32,000 nucleotides of DNA, taken from the NCBI RefSeq assembly GCF_025643275.1, contig NZ_CP089977.1, positions 1-32,000 of the forward strand, given 5' to 3'. The notes under the pieces are model-generated. The model saw only the letters and a program-made list of their open reading frames with translations. It did not search any database and was not told the origin of the DNA. The stretch comes from Moraxella nasicaprae. GTDB taxonomy: Bacteria; Pseudomonadota; Gammaproteobacteria; Pseudomonadales; Moraxellaceae. How positions within the stretch are numbered: the first letter of the stretch is position 1; each line of letters begins with the position of its first letter. A program made the position numbers and the translations under genes. This document shows, piece by piece, positions 1 through 9,257 of the stretch.

Positions 1-1356
1 ATGATTAAAAAACTGCTGATTGCCAACCGTGGTGAGATTGCCCTGCGTATCGTGCGAGCGTGTAAGCAGCTTGGCATCGCAACGGTCGGTGTGTACTCAA
101 AGGCGGATAAAGATTTGATGCATTTGCGTTTTGTGGACGAAGCAGTCTGCATTGGTAATGCACCTTCTGCCCAAAGCTATCTGAACATCAATGCCTTATT
201 AGCAGCGGCGGAAGTGACTGGGGCTGATGCCATTCACCCTGGTTATGGATTTTTGTCCGAAAATGCTGAGTTTGCCGAAAAAGTCGAGGAAGCGGGTCTA
301 ACCTTTGTAGGGCCACACCCAGACCATATTCGTTTGATGGGTAACAAAGTTTCAGCCATTAACGCCATGAAAGAGGCAGGCGTGCCAACCGTACCAGGTT
401 CGGTGGGTGCGATTACCTTGCATAATGCCGAAGAACAAGCTCGCAAGATTGGCTTTCCTTTGATTGTTAAGGCGGCGGCTGGCGGCGGTGGTCGTGGTAT
501 GCGTGTGGTTGAGCGATTTGAAGAACTCATCAATCAGGTGCAAGCCGCCAAAAGCGAGGCTCAAAGTGCCTTTGGCGATGACACCGTCTATATGGAACGC
601 TTTTTGAAAAACCCTCGCCATGTTGAGGTGCAGGTATTGGGCGATGGTAATGGCAATGCTCTGCATTTATTTGACCGAGATTGTTCACTGCAACGCCGCC
701 ATCAAAAAGTGCTAGAAGAAGCCCCTGCCCCAGACATTCCAGATGATGTTCGAATGCCCATCTTGGAGGCGTGCGTGCGTGCGTGCGAGCAAATCGGCTA
801 TCGTGGTGCAGGCACTTTTGAATTTTTGTATGAAGATGGGGAATTTTTCTTTATTGAGATGAATACTCGTGTTCAGGTTGAGCATCCAGTCACCGAGATG
901 ATTACTGGCATTGATATTGTGGTTGAGCAACTAAAAATCGCTGCTGGCTACGGTCTGTCTTATCATCAAGATGAGATTACCATTCGTGGACACGCCATCG
1001 AATGTCGCATCAATGCCGAAGACCCAAAAACTTTCATGCCCTGCCCTGGCAAAATTGCTCAATTATTCACGCCAAGCGGTTCAGGCATTCGTTTTGACAG
1101 TCATCTGTATCAAGGCTATACCATTCCAAGCTATTATGATTCTTTGATTGGTAAGCTCATTTGTCATGCACAAACACGCCGTCAAGCCATTGCAAAGACA
1201 TTGCACGCACTTGATGAACTGGTGGTGGAAGGCATTAAAACCAACATTCCACTACATCGTGACATCATCTTGCAAGATGAGGCGTTTTGTGAAGAGGCTC
1301 AAAACATTCATTATCTTGAAGGGCATATGCTAAAACCATCGGCAGATAAAGCCTGA
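1..1356 (+). CDS. accC: Acetyl-CoA carboxylase biotin carboxylase subunit
   Basis: 451-aa ORF starting with ATG at window base 1. It has ATP-grasp biotin carboxylase hallmarks: N-terminus [17 protein letters not shown], glycine-rich loop [14 protein letters not shown], and [14 protein letters not shown]. Length matches bacterial AccC. Confidence 0.97.
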   Translation: MIKKLLIANRGEIALRIVRACKQLGIATVGVYSKADKDLMHLRFVDEAVCIGNAPSAQSYLNINALLAAAEVTGADAIHPGYGFLSENAEFAEKVEEAGLTFVGPHPDHIRLMGNKVSAINAMKEAGVPTVPGSVGAITLHNAEEQARKIGFPLIVKAAAGGGGRGMRVVERFEELINQVQAAKSEAQSAFGDDTVYMERFLKNPRHVEVQVLGDGNGNALHLFDRDCSLQRRHQKVLEEAPAPDIPDDVRMPILEACVRACEQIGYRGAGTFEFLYEDGEFFFIEMNTRVQVEHPVTEMITGIDIVVEQLKIAAGYGLSYHQDEITIRGHAIECRINAEDPKTFMPCPGKIAQLFTPSGSGIRFDSHLYQGYTIPSYYDSLIGKLICHAQTRRQAIAKTLHALDELVVEGIKTNIPLHRDIILQDEAFCEEAQNIHYLEGHMLKPSADKA

Positions 1357-1364
1357 CATAAAAA

Positions 1365-1393
1365 AGCCAGTTAAGAAAAACTGGCTTTTTTAT
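1365..1393 (+). terminator. Rho-independent terminator downstream of accC
   Basis: Perfect 8-bp stem AGCCAGTT (1365-1372) / AACTGGCT (1379-1386) with a 6-nt loop, followed by TTTTTTAT. It begins 9 nt after the accC stop. Confidence 0.85.
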
Positions 1394-1757
1394 ATTTACC
1401 TCACAGCTGTTTTTTTGATTGCTGTTTTATAGTCAATTCTATTCAAAACCAGACAAAGGTTTTTTGCTCAAAGTGAGCCTGCCTGCCCATAACGAAAACC
1501 CACCCGCAGGCAAGCTTGGGGCGAACGGTTTTGCTGTATAGTTTTGATATAAATTAAGTATATCAATCATGTTCATGGCTCACATCATTTAAAGCATGAC
1601 AGATTTTTTTCAGCACAAGCATGAATAAAAACTGCCCTTAGCTGTTTGGCTTAGGGTGAATATCATGCCATACGACACCCTACCCATCAAAAAAACTATG
1701 GTGCAAAAAACCAATACTGCCCAACCTGCTTGTCATGCCTAATGATGACCAAACCTA

Positions 1758-3428
1758 CTAAGGCTGTTCATTGTTAGGCATTTCATCATCTAGGGCTTCT
1801 TGACCAAAAATCAATGCAAATAAAGTTTTAAGATGATTATCTTCGCCAGCAGCGACTTTTTCGGCAAGTGTATTGCCATAATCAAGTAGGTTGATGCTAT
1901 TGTTGGCGTTTGGCACACGATGTTGCTGTGGCAATCTATCAAACACTTCCATGGTTGGTGTGATGCTGGTAAAGCTATCAATCATCAGCGGTTCTTGTTG
2001 TGATAAGACATGGCTTGCACGCCCTTGTAGGACAGCACCGTTCATGTATTGTCTGTGATGAATCCAGCGAAGTTGATTGCCTTGCAATCCATAATGGCTG
2101 ATGGGTCGAAATGGCGATGCTTCTATTTCATTGGTATCATGTAGATTTGCTTGATAGCCATTACTAATCATGTTGAGGCTGGCAAGCATGACATTGACCA
2201 ACATTTTGCTATTAAGCTTATTTTTTGTTTCAGGGTTGGTGTTTGTTTTATTGATGTGAATGACATCAATGACACTGTCGCCCTCAGCTATTTGTCTGTC
2301 TGGCATGACATAGTCATCAATCAGCTCTGGATAGGCTTGAACGATGGATTGATACAGCGTGTCAGCAAATAAATAGCGGGCATAGTCCTTGTCTGCTTGA
2401 CTGGGACTGCTTTGTAAAATCGTTGGCGTATGCCTGATGATGGCTTGTTTGTCAGCGGGCAAATTTTCCATCAAATAAGGTGTATTTAGCACCTGCTCAG
2501 GCGAAACCCAAGAAAATGCTTGGTTTGGTAGGCTTTGATGACTTTGTTTTTTGGCATCGGCGATGAATTTAAAGAGGTTTTTGCCAAAATCATCAGGCAG
2601 ACTGCCATCATTGAGCGGTATAGCAAGCCATTTATCTTTCCAACCATCACCCAGCTCCTTATCCAGCATTTGGCTGGCAATCATCGCAACATTATCCGCC
2701 CACAGGTATAAAATCCCCTGCTTTAAATCCACAAAAATTGGCTGATTAAGATGAGCATGAATGTTGGTGCGTGTATAATCCATCGCAGGCAAGATGGTCA
2801 AACGACCCAGTAAGGGCTGATAGTTACCCGAGATGGTAAAATTTGATGAATTGATTAGATACTCTTTAAAGAGTTGAGATTTTTTTTGGTCGAGTTGTGT
2901 GTGCTGATGATGCTCATCAGACGACTGCCAAGCAGTAACTCCTGATTCGCTCTGCCAATCTTGCTCGAATGATTCTAGGGCTTGCTCTGCTTGTTCGGTT
3001 TCTGGGTCATCATCAAGCCAAGCACGCTGTTCTTGAACACATGCTTGATATTGAGCAAAAATTTGAGCAAATTCAGGGAGGTCATCATCGATTTGGTTTG
3101 GCGGCACTCCCTGTTCGAGTTGTTTTTTTGCCAAATGAACATAGGCTTGGCGATGAGTATCTTCACAGGCAAGCAAGGGATTTTCGCTGGCATTAAGCTC
3201 CTTAGGTGTGGCATTGGCTAAGGCTTGCTCACGAATCTGATTACCCAGATACAGATTGGTCTGATAGCCAAATGATGTGTACATCTGTGACTGCACGACC
3301 TTTGCCAATGCTTGCTGTGGGTTGGTTTGATTGATGGATGTTGAAATGGGACTGCTGGCACAGGCGGTCAAGGTGGCTATCAAACCAGCCAGTCCGATGA
3401 ATTTTGGATAAGATGTTTGATGCTTCAT
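1758..3428 (-). CDS. Hypothetical lipoprotein (556 aa), downstream gene of a two-gene operon
   Basis: Long ORF with a signal peptide plus lipobox (GLAGLIATLTAC). Its ATG overlaps the upstream gene's TGA in an ATGA at 3425-3428, which implies translational coupling. I recognise no domain. Confidence 0.8.
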   Translation of the reverse strand: MKHQTSYPKFIGLAGLIATLTACASSPISTSINQTNPQQALAKVVQSQMYTSFGYQTNLYLGNQIREQALANATPKELNASENPLLACEDTHRQAYVHLAKKQLEQGVPPNQIDDDLPEFAQIFAQYQACVQEQRAWLDDDPETEQAEQALESFEQDWQSESGVTAWQSSDEHHQHTQLDQKKSQLFKEYLINSSNFTISGNYQPLLGRLTILPAMDYTRTNIHAHLNQPIFVDLKQGILYLWADNVAMIASQMLDKELGDGWKDKWLAIPLNDGSLPDDFGKNLFKFIADAKKQSHQSLPNQAFSWVSPEQVLNTPYLMENLPADKQAIIRHTPTILQSSPSQADKDYARYLFADTLYQSIVQAYPELIDDYVMPDRQIAEGDSVIDVIHINKTNTNPETKNKLNSKMLVNVMLASLNMISNGYQANLHDTNEIEASPFRPISHYGLQGNQLRWIHHRQYMNGAVLQGRASHVLSQQEPLMIDSFTSITPTMEVFDRLPQQHRVPNANNSINLLDYGNTLAEKVAAGEDNHLKTLFALIFGQEALDDEMPNNEQP

Positions 3429-5797
3429 GGTGTACTGTCCGATGGTTGATGGTCGTCTTGGTTAAGCTCAATGAGTGGTGCTTGATTTTCTCGATATTGA
3501 GCGGCTTTGTGTGCCAACATGGTTTCTTGTTTGAGTTTGGTTAGCCAAGCACTGCCATTGACCGCAGTATTATTGGAAAAAGTTTGTCTAAACTGCCCTG
3601 CCAGTGGCATTTTGTCAAAATATGCCTTGCCGTAGCGAGTTTGCACAATGGTTTGGCGTTTTTGTTGCTGCATGGTCTCTTCAAGCGTCTGCACCGTCTG
3701 TACACCTATCAGCTTGCCTTGGGCGTTGAGATAATAATAACTACTGCCGTACAGATTGATTGGTAAAATGCTGTTTATCAGCATGAATACATCGCCCACA
3801 TCATTGATGTGATGCCCTTGATTGATGAGTAGCCAATCATCAATCAGTGCATGGATTTTGGCTTGGGTGAGCTGACCATCGCTGTACGAATCGGGGTGTG
3901 TGTCGATGTGCTGTTTAAGATTTTGGGCGATGTATTTGCCTATCATGCCGATGTTTTTGCCAATGACATGGGCGTCAATGTGCAGTTTGATAGCAGAAGT
4001 TGCTCCAAGTTGTTTGGCAAAATCATCTTGACGAATGTCCACTGCGGTGAATAATTCATCATCAAGACTTTCAAACAACTTAATATTTGCCTCATTGATT
4101 GCCTGATAGACGACCGCCAATGGCAATACGCCTTGCAATTGCTTAGGCATACCAAAATCCACCAAACCCTTTGGTACTTCGCTTGGCAGTGGTGCATATT
4201 GAGGCATCATCATCGCCAATATTGGCAAACCTGCCGAAACATCAGCCGTCAGCTTGTTCTGCCCCAGATTAAAACTGATGGGCAGTTGCACAGAGTAGTT
4301 GGCAGTCGCTGATTGATAATTCATGTCAATCAAATAATCCCATTTTGCCAGTGCAGGTTGATGATGACTGAGTGTGGTGACGGTGGCATGGTCGTGATAA
4401 TAGGTGTTTTGGGCATTGATTTGTGCTGGTGTCTGCTTTGCCTGTTCTAGCATCGCACCTATCATACCGGCATAAACATGACTGCCCTGTCGTGCTTTGG
4501 CGACATCATTGATGGCTGTTGTACCCACTTCTACTTGACCACTTTGTTTCATTTTTTTGTATTGGTCAAACCAGTTGGTTTTATTACTGTCCGTCTCATC
4601 GGTCTGGGCATCATCAAACCAGACGGTCTTCAGATTATCCCATGCCTCATCAGCCTGTGTCAAACTTTGTATTGGCTGGGTGATGATTTTGTCCGCACCA
4701 AGTATTTGGCTGGCACGATTATCAAGGCAAATTAGATAATCGTAGTAACTTTGCAAATAGTCATCAGCGTGCTGGGTGTAATTTTTGCCCTCCGCAATGA
4801 GTGCTTGCTGCCTTTGTCTGGCAAGTGATGAGCACTGAGCACGGACAAACCCCTGATTCAGCTGTCGTTCAGTGTATTGAAGATTGATGTATGCATAGGG
4901 GTCAAGCGATAATTTTGTGCTGTCGGTGCAAGCATGAAAATTTCGATAAACCGCATCATAATCATCATAATTTTGCCCATCTAAGATAGCATGGCGACGA
5001 TTTTTGGCAAGGGCTTGTTTGATGCCTGTACGATAGTTGGTGGCACATTGTTTGATGTTGGCAATGTCATCAAACTGATAGCTCTGAGCTTGGGTCTGTA
5101 CAGGGTGTAGGTCATCATGGGCGGTCTGAATACAAGTATCTACTTGGGCAAAAATCTGTTTGACCGCTTTATCATCACTGGCGATGGCAGGGTTTTGACG
5201 AACAACAGTATCTAAGTCATTAGAGTTTGTCAGTAGGCACAAATACAAGGCGTCATTGATTTGTTCAATTGTTCTACCGACTTCCTTATACTCTTCACTC
5301 ATGCCAATGTGTCGATTGATGACTGCTTGGGGTTCTTTGCCTGTTTGTTCATCGTCATATCGCAAATAAGGCAATTCTGGGTGCGTCATGTAGTCATCAA
5401 ATGTACGAAAAGCCGCACTGTCTGCCTCATGATTTGCTTGATTTAGGGTGTATTCGTAGGTTTTGATGATGCTACTTCTGAGGTTATCCGCTCCTGCATC
5501 AATGTCATCAGGCGAGAATAATGGCGATACTTTGGTGCGATAAGTTACGACTGCATAGCGTTCCTGACTCAACTGCTCGCCAATGGCATTGGCTAATGTG
5601 GATTTGGCAAAATGTGATGGCGATACCAATGACGGCTGATGGATAGTATGCGTCGGTGGTGTCATTGTCTGACAACCTGATATGCCACCCAGTAGCAATA
5701 ATGTAATCGCTGGATAGGTGTGACGCCATGAGCGTCTGGTTGAGGATTGGCTGGTGTGTTGATTGATGGTCGTCATTGCTGTTTTGTCCATATTCAT
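3425..5797 (-). CDS. Hypothetical large lipoprotein (790 aa), upstream gene of a two-gene operon
   Basis: Long ORF with a positively charged N-terminus, then a hydrophobic stretch and lipobox (ITLLLLGGISGC). The start is uncertain among in-frame ATGs at 5797, 5791 and 5776. I recognise no domain. Confidence 0.78.
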   Translation of the reverse strand: MNMDKTAMTTINQHTSQSSTRRSWRHTYPAITLLLLGGISGCQTMTPPTHTIHQPSLVSPSHFAKSTLANAIGEQLSQERYAVVTYRTKVSPLFSPDDIDAGADNLRSSIIKTYEYTLNQANHEADSAAFRTFDDYMTHPELPYLRYDDEQTGKEPQAVINRHIGMSEEYKEVGRTIEQINDALYLCLLTNSNDLDTVVRQNPAIASDDKAVKQIFAQVDTCIQTAHDDLHPVQTQAQSYQFDDIANIKQCATNYRTGIKQALAKNRRHAILDGQNYDDYDAVYRNFHACTDSTKLSLDPYAYINLQYTERQLNQGFVRAQCSSLARQRQQALIAEGKNYTQHADDYLQSYYDYLICLDNRASQILGADKIITQPIQSLTQADEAWDNLKTVWFDDAQTDETDSNKTNWFDQYKKMKQSGQVEVGTTAINDVAKARQGSHVYAGMIGAMLEQAKQTPAQINAQNTYYHDHATVTTLSHHQPALAKWDYLIDMNYQSATANYSVQLPISFNLGQNKLTADVSAGLPILAMMMPQYAPLPSEVPKGLVDFGMPKQLQGVLPLAVVYQAINEANIKLFESLDDELFTAVDIRQDDFAKQLGATSAIKLHIDAHVIGKNIGMIGKYIAQNLKQHIDTHPDSYSDGQLTQAKIHALIDDWLLINQGHHINDVGDVFMLINSILPINLYGSSYYYLNAQGKLIGVQTVQTLEETMQQQKRQTIVQTRYGKAYFDKMPLAGQFRQTFSNNTAVNGSAWLTKLKQETMLAHKAAQYRENQAPLIELNQDDHQPSDSTP

Positions 5798-5861
5798 TGC
5801 AATATCATAACGACATACTTTAACACAATTTGCTTATTTTTCACAACAAATCTTTTGTTTT

Positions 5862-5888
5862 AAAAAAACCCCGCCAAAGGCAGGGTCT
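5862..5888 (-). terminator. Rho-independent terminator downstream of the LysR-family gene
   Basis: On the minus strand: ACCCTGCC-TTT-GGCGGGGT hairpin (one G-U pair) followed by a run of seven T. It lies 16 nt past the stop at 5904. Confidence 0.8.
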
Positions 5889-5903
5889 TTTTGCTAATCA
5901 ACA

Positions 5904-6776
5904 TTATTTTTTAAAATAATCTTGCAATGCTTCCACGCATTTTTGGGCTTTGGCAGTCATTTGCTCTTTATTGGCAGTGACAGCACTGATACGCAAAACT
6001 GGCAGTTCATATTCTGGTAAGACGACTTGTAGTTTACCAGATGCCAACAGTTCTTTGGCAACCAGTTCGTTGGTTTTTAGTACACCATAGCCAGCGGATG
6101 CCAAATACAATGCCGTATTATAGTCATTGCTGTATAGGCGAGAATGCACACGCACGCTGGTTTTTTCGCCATTTTTTCTAAATTCTAGGCTTTCGCTAGA
6201 TTTTTCGCTTGCCAAAACAATCTGATGATTGCTTAGTTGTTTTGGTGTTTCGATTTTTTCATGGCTGTTTAGGTATTCTGGCGATGCCACCAAAACTTGC
6301 TTAATGGTGGTCAAGGTTGTACCCTGATTGTTTTCACTCATGATTAAGGCCACATCGATGCGGTCTTCAATCATGTCAGCTTGATTGCCACGAGAAATAA
6401 GATTTAAAGTTAGGTTTTCATGCTCAGCAAGCCAAGTTGATAATGCTGGCAATAGGTATGCTTTGGTCAGTTCTGGCGTGGTTGCAATACGCAAGCTACC
6501 AGAAATTTCGTCTTTTAGATGGATAACGCTATCACGACCCTGCTCAGCTGCCTTCACCATTTGTAAGGCGGCTGCATAAAGACTCTCCCCTGCTTCGCTT
6601 AGGCTTAGCTTACGAGTCGAACGATGTAGTAAAGAAACACCCAAATCCGTTTCCAAAGAACGAATTTGCTGGCTGACAGCACTGGTGGTAATGCCTAATT
6701 CTTTGGCAGCACCACTAAAAGAACCATGGCGAACCACGCTCGCAAATACCGCCATACTGCGTAGATTATCTAACAT
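5904..6776 (-). CDS. LysR-family transcriptional regulator
   Basis: 290-aa ORF with a typical LTTR N-terminal winged HTH (FASVVRHGSFSGAAKELGITTSAVSQQIRSLE) and a C-terminal substrate-binding-like domain. Confidence 0.9.
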   Translation of the reverse strand: MLDNLRSMAVFASVVRHGSFSGAAKELGITTSAVSQQIRSLETDLGVSLLHRSTRKLSLSEAGESLYAAALQMVKAAEQGRDSVIHLKDEISGSLRIATTPELTKAYLLPALSTWLAEHENLTLNLISRGNQADMIEDRIDVALIMSENNQGTTLTTIKQVLVASPEYLNSHEKIETPKQLSNHQIVLASEKSSESLEFRKNGEKTSVRVHSRLYSNDYNTALYLASAGYGVLKTNELVAKELLASGKLQVVLPEYELPVLRISAVTANKEQMTAKAQKCVEALQDYFKK

Positions 6777-7055
6777 AATTATTCACCTTATGATTATCTT
6801 GTTTGTTAAGAATGTAGTATCATCTTACTACTATCCAAACAAATTATCAAATATCTTTTATAAAACTATGTGTTTTAAGGAAACAATCTTAAAAGGGACG
6901 ATATTATAGCTAACATTTGCCCATTATGTTTACTTAATAATGACTGCATAGTCATAAAAAATATTTGTAATTCATCATAACAACCCAAGCATTGTTTATC
7001 ACTCTCAATAAGATGGTATATTATGGTTGATTTTTAAGCAATTATCAAGTATTTT

Positions 7056-9233
7056 TTATGAATGATTGTTGATATTTAATTTTAGATGATTAAGAACCGC
7101 TGTACCATCATCAATAATAAAGCCTTGTTGCCACAATTGTTGTATGACAGGACTGTTGGTCAATTGTGACTGCACATCAAATCGCAGTTGCACCAATCGT
7201 TGTTCTCGTCTGTTTCTAGGACTTTGATGTAAATCATCGCTCATCACGGGTTTGGAAGTTAGCTTAATATCTGGATAATGCTGGGCAATTTTGTTGGCAA
7301 ATCCATCAAAACTTGTCTGCACCTGTGAATTTAGTTCAGCAACATACAGCGTACTTTCCCCATTAATTTCCCCAACCATCAGGCTACCGTCCAACAATGC
7401 CAACTCGTCAATATCAAAAATCTGATTTTGGCGAGCCAAATGTAACCAATAATCCCAAATTTCAGGTGTCCAATCGCCAGTCACCGCCACCGCCATTGGT
7501 GCAAGTCGTGCCATCATTTGCGAATGAGCAATGGGGGCTAGTGATGTTGATTGGCTACTTGCCTGAGACTGTGATTCATCATCTGATGCAGATAAGGTGT
7601 CAGTGGACAAAGATGGCACATCGTCTGATGGACTTGCTGATGAAGCATCATCAATCATCACAGATTCGTCTGCCTCAATGATGGTATGTTTAATATCATT
7701 GCTTTGTAATTTACTTGTCATGACATCATCTGACAAAGTATCCATGGCGATGTCCATGGTTTCGTCAGAAGTATCATCTATTTTGGGCAAAAGCTGCTCA
7801 TCAGTTGCTACTGACTGCACGGCATCTAAAACAGCCTCATCATGGGTGATGAGTGAAGTTTGGTCATCTGCCATCATATCATCTGGATTGATGGCAGATT
7901 GATGACTAGATGGATTTGTCTGGCTTGATAAAGATACTAGGGTATCATCTTTCAAATCAAGGGCAGTATCTTTAAAGTCATCAGATGAATTGACCGCCGC
8001 AAAAGCGATGGCTTGACTGTCGTCCATTGTGGCTGGCTCATCACCTGATGATGTATCTTTGGCAGAATTGGCGATTGATACCGTCTGAGAGCCATCGGTG
8101 CTATTTTGTGCGTCAGACGATACAGGTATCTGAGCATTGGTCAATGGACGAAATGCCAACAGTCGCAAAATCGCCATTTCCAACGCCTGCATTGGGGTGC
8201 TGGCAAGAGCAATGGCTTGGCGAGATTTGCTAAGAATTTCATAATACAGTTGCAGGACATCGGCAGGAATCTGATTGGATAGTGCCTGTAATTTTTGCTG
8301 CTGTTGAACACTCAAATCAAGTGGCAACTCTGGCAAAATCTGCATCATCGCCATCTGATGAATATCATCAATCAGCGTATCCATCATCGCAGAAGCGTCA
8401 ATCATCTTGCTACGCATCGTATTGATGTAGTCAGCCACTGCCAAACGGTCATCTTGATGAATCAGCTCAATCAATGCCAGCGTGTCTGCTTGATTGATTA
8501 GACCAAGCATATTGACAACAGTATCATCATCAATCTGACCACCGCCAAATGCGATGGCTTGGTCGGTCAAAGACAAAGCATCACGCACCGAGCCTTTGGC
8601 AGCGTTTGATAACCGCCATAATGCCTGCTTGCTATGGGTAATTTGTTCTTGATTTAAAATATTCGCCAAATGCCCCACCAGCAGTTCTTGGGATAGCGGT
8701 CTTAGCACAAATTGCAGACAGCGAGAGATGATGGTAATGGGCAATTTTTGGGGGTCTGTGGTGGCAAGCACAAACTTGACATGCTCAGGCGGCTCTTCTA
8801 AGGTTTTTAATAACGCATTAAAAGAGTGCGTAGAGAGCATGTGTACTTCGTCAATCAGATAAATCTTATAACGACCCTGCACAGGAGAATAAGGCACATT
8901 TTCCAGCAAGTCTCTGGTGTCTTCAACTTTGGTGCGACTGGCGGCATCAATTTCTATCAAATCAATGAATTGTCCAGCATCAATCCGCTGACAAGTATCA
9001 CAAGCACCACAAGGCTGACTGGTCACGCCTGTTTCACAGTTAAGGCATTTTGCCAAAATGCGAGCGATGGTTGTCTTGCCCACGCCACGAGTGCCTGTAA
9101 ACAGGTACGCATGATGCAGTCTGCTTGTATCAATGGCATTAGCAAGTGCAGTAGCAACATGCTCCTGCCCCAAAAGCTGACTAAAATCTTTGGGGCGATA
9201 TTTGCGTGCCAAAACTTGATATTGCTGTGCCAT
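7056..9233 (-). CDS. dnaX: DNA polymerase III subunit gamma/tau
   Basis: 725-aa ORF with N-terminus YRPKDFSQLLGQEHV, Walker A GTRGVGKTT, a Cys4 zinc module (CETGVTSQPCGACDTC) and Walker B LIDEVHML. A long acidic linker precedes the C-terminal tau-like domain. Confidence 0.95.
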   Translation of the reverse strand: MAQQYQVLARKYRPKDFSQLLGQEHVATALANAIDTSRLHHAYLFTGTRGVGKTTIARILAKCLNCETGVTSQPCGACDTCQRIDAGQFIDLIEIDAASRTKVEDTRDLLENVPYSPVQGRYKIYLIDEVHMLSTHSFNALLKTLEEPPEHVKFVLATTDPQKLPITIISRCLQFVLRPLSQELLVGHLANILNQEQITHSKQALWRLSNAAKGSVRDALSLTDQAIAFGGGQIDDDTVVNMLGLINQADTLALIELIHQDDRLAVADYINTMRSKMIDASAMMDTLIDDIHQMAMMQILPELPLDLSVQQQQKLQALSNQIPADVLQLYYEILSKSRQAIALASTPMQALEMAILRLLAFRPLTNAQIPVSSDAQNSTDGSQTVSIANSAKDTSSGDEPATMDDSQAIAFAAVNSSDDFKDTALDLKDDTLVSLSSQTNPSSHQSAINPDDMMADDQTSLITHDEAVLDAVQSVATDEQLLPKIDDTSDETMDIAMDTLSDDVMTSKLQSNDIKHTIIEADESVMIDDASSASPSDDVPSLSTDTLSASDDESQSQASSQSTSLAPIAHSQMMARLAPMAVAVTGDWTPEIWDYWLHLARQNQIFDIDELALLDGSLMVGEINGESTLYVAELNSQVQTSFDGFANKIAQHYPDIKLTSKPVMSDDLHQSPRNRREQRLVQLRFDVQSQLTNSPVIQQLWQQGFIIDDGTAVLNHLKLNINNHS

Positions 9234-9257
9234 CAGACCATCGCTCGCTTTGTTGTA

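Noticed and set aside
1758-5797. Interpretation of the lipoprotein pair as a horizontally acquired island
   Set aside because: There is no flanking tRNA, integrase, transposase or direct repeats. By eye, base composition and codon style do not differ obviously from the neighbouring housekeeping genes. I cannot compute GC or codon statistics here, so the idea is unsupported rather than disproved.
6685-6909. 74-aa plus-strand ORF running from inside the LysR gene into the AT-rich spacer. Also the 63-aa ORF at 28263-28454 in the gyrA/leuA intergenic region.
   Set aside because: Both start inside or overlap real genes or terminators, lack ribosome-binding sites, and give low-complexity products. 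The second runs straight through the leuA terminator hairpin.
7056-9233. Programmed -1 ribosomal frameshift in dnaX (E. coli-style A AAA AAG plus stem-loop)
   Set aside because: I scanned the plus strand of the gene for CTTTTTT and found none, and saw no obvious X XXY YYZ heptamer after the ATPase domains. I cannot claim a frameshift site, though a computational heptamer and structure scan would be more reliable than reading by eye.
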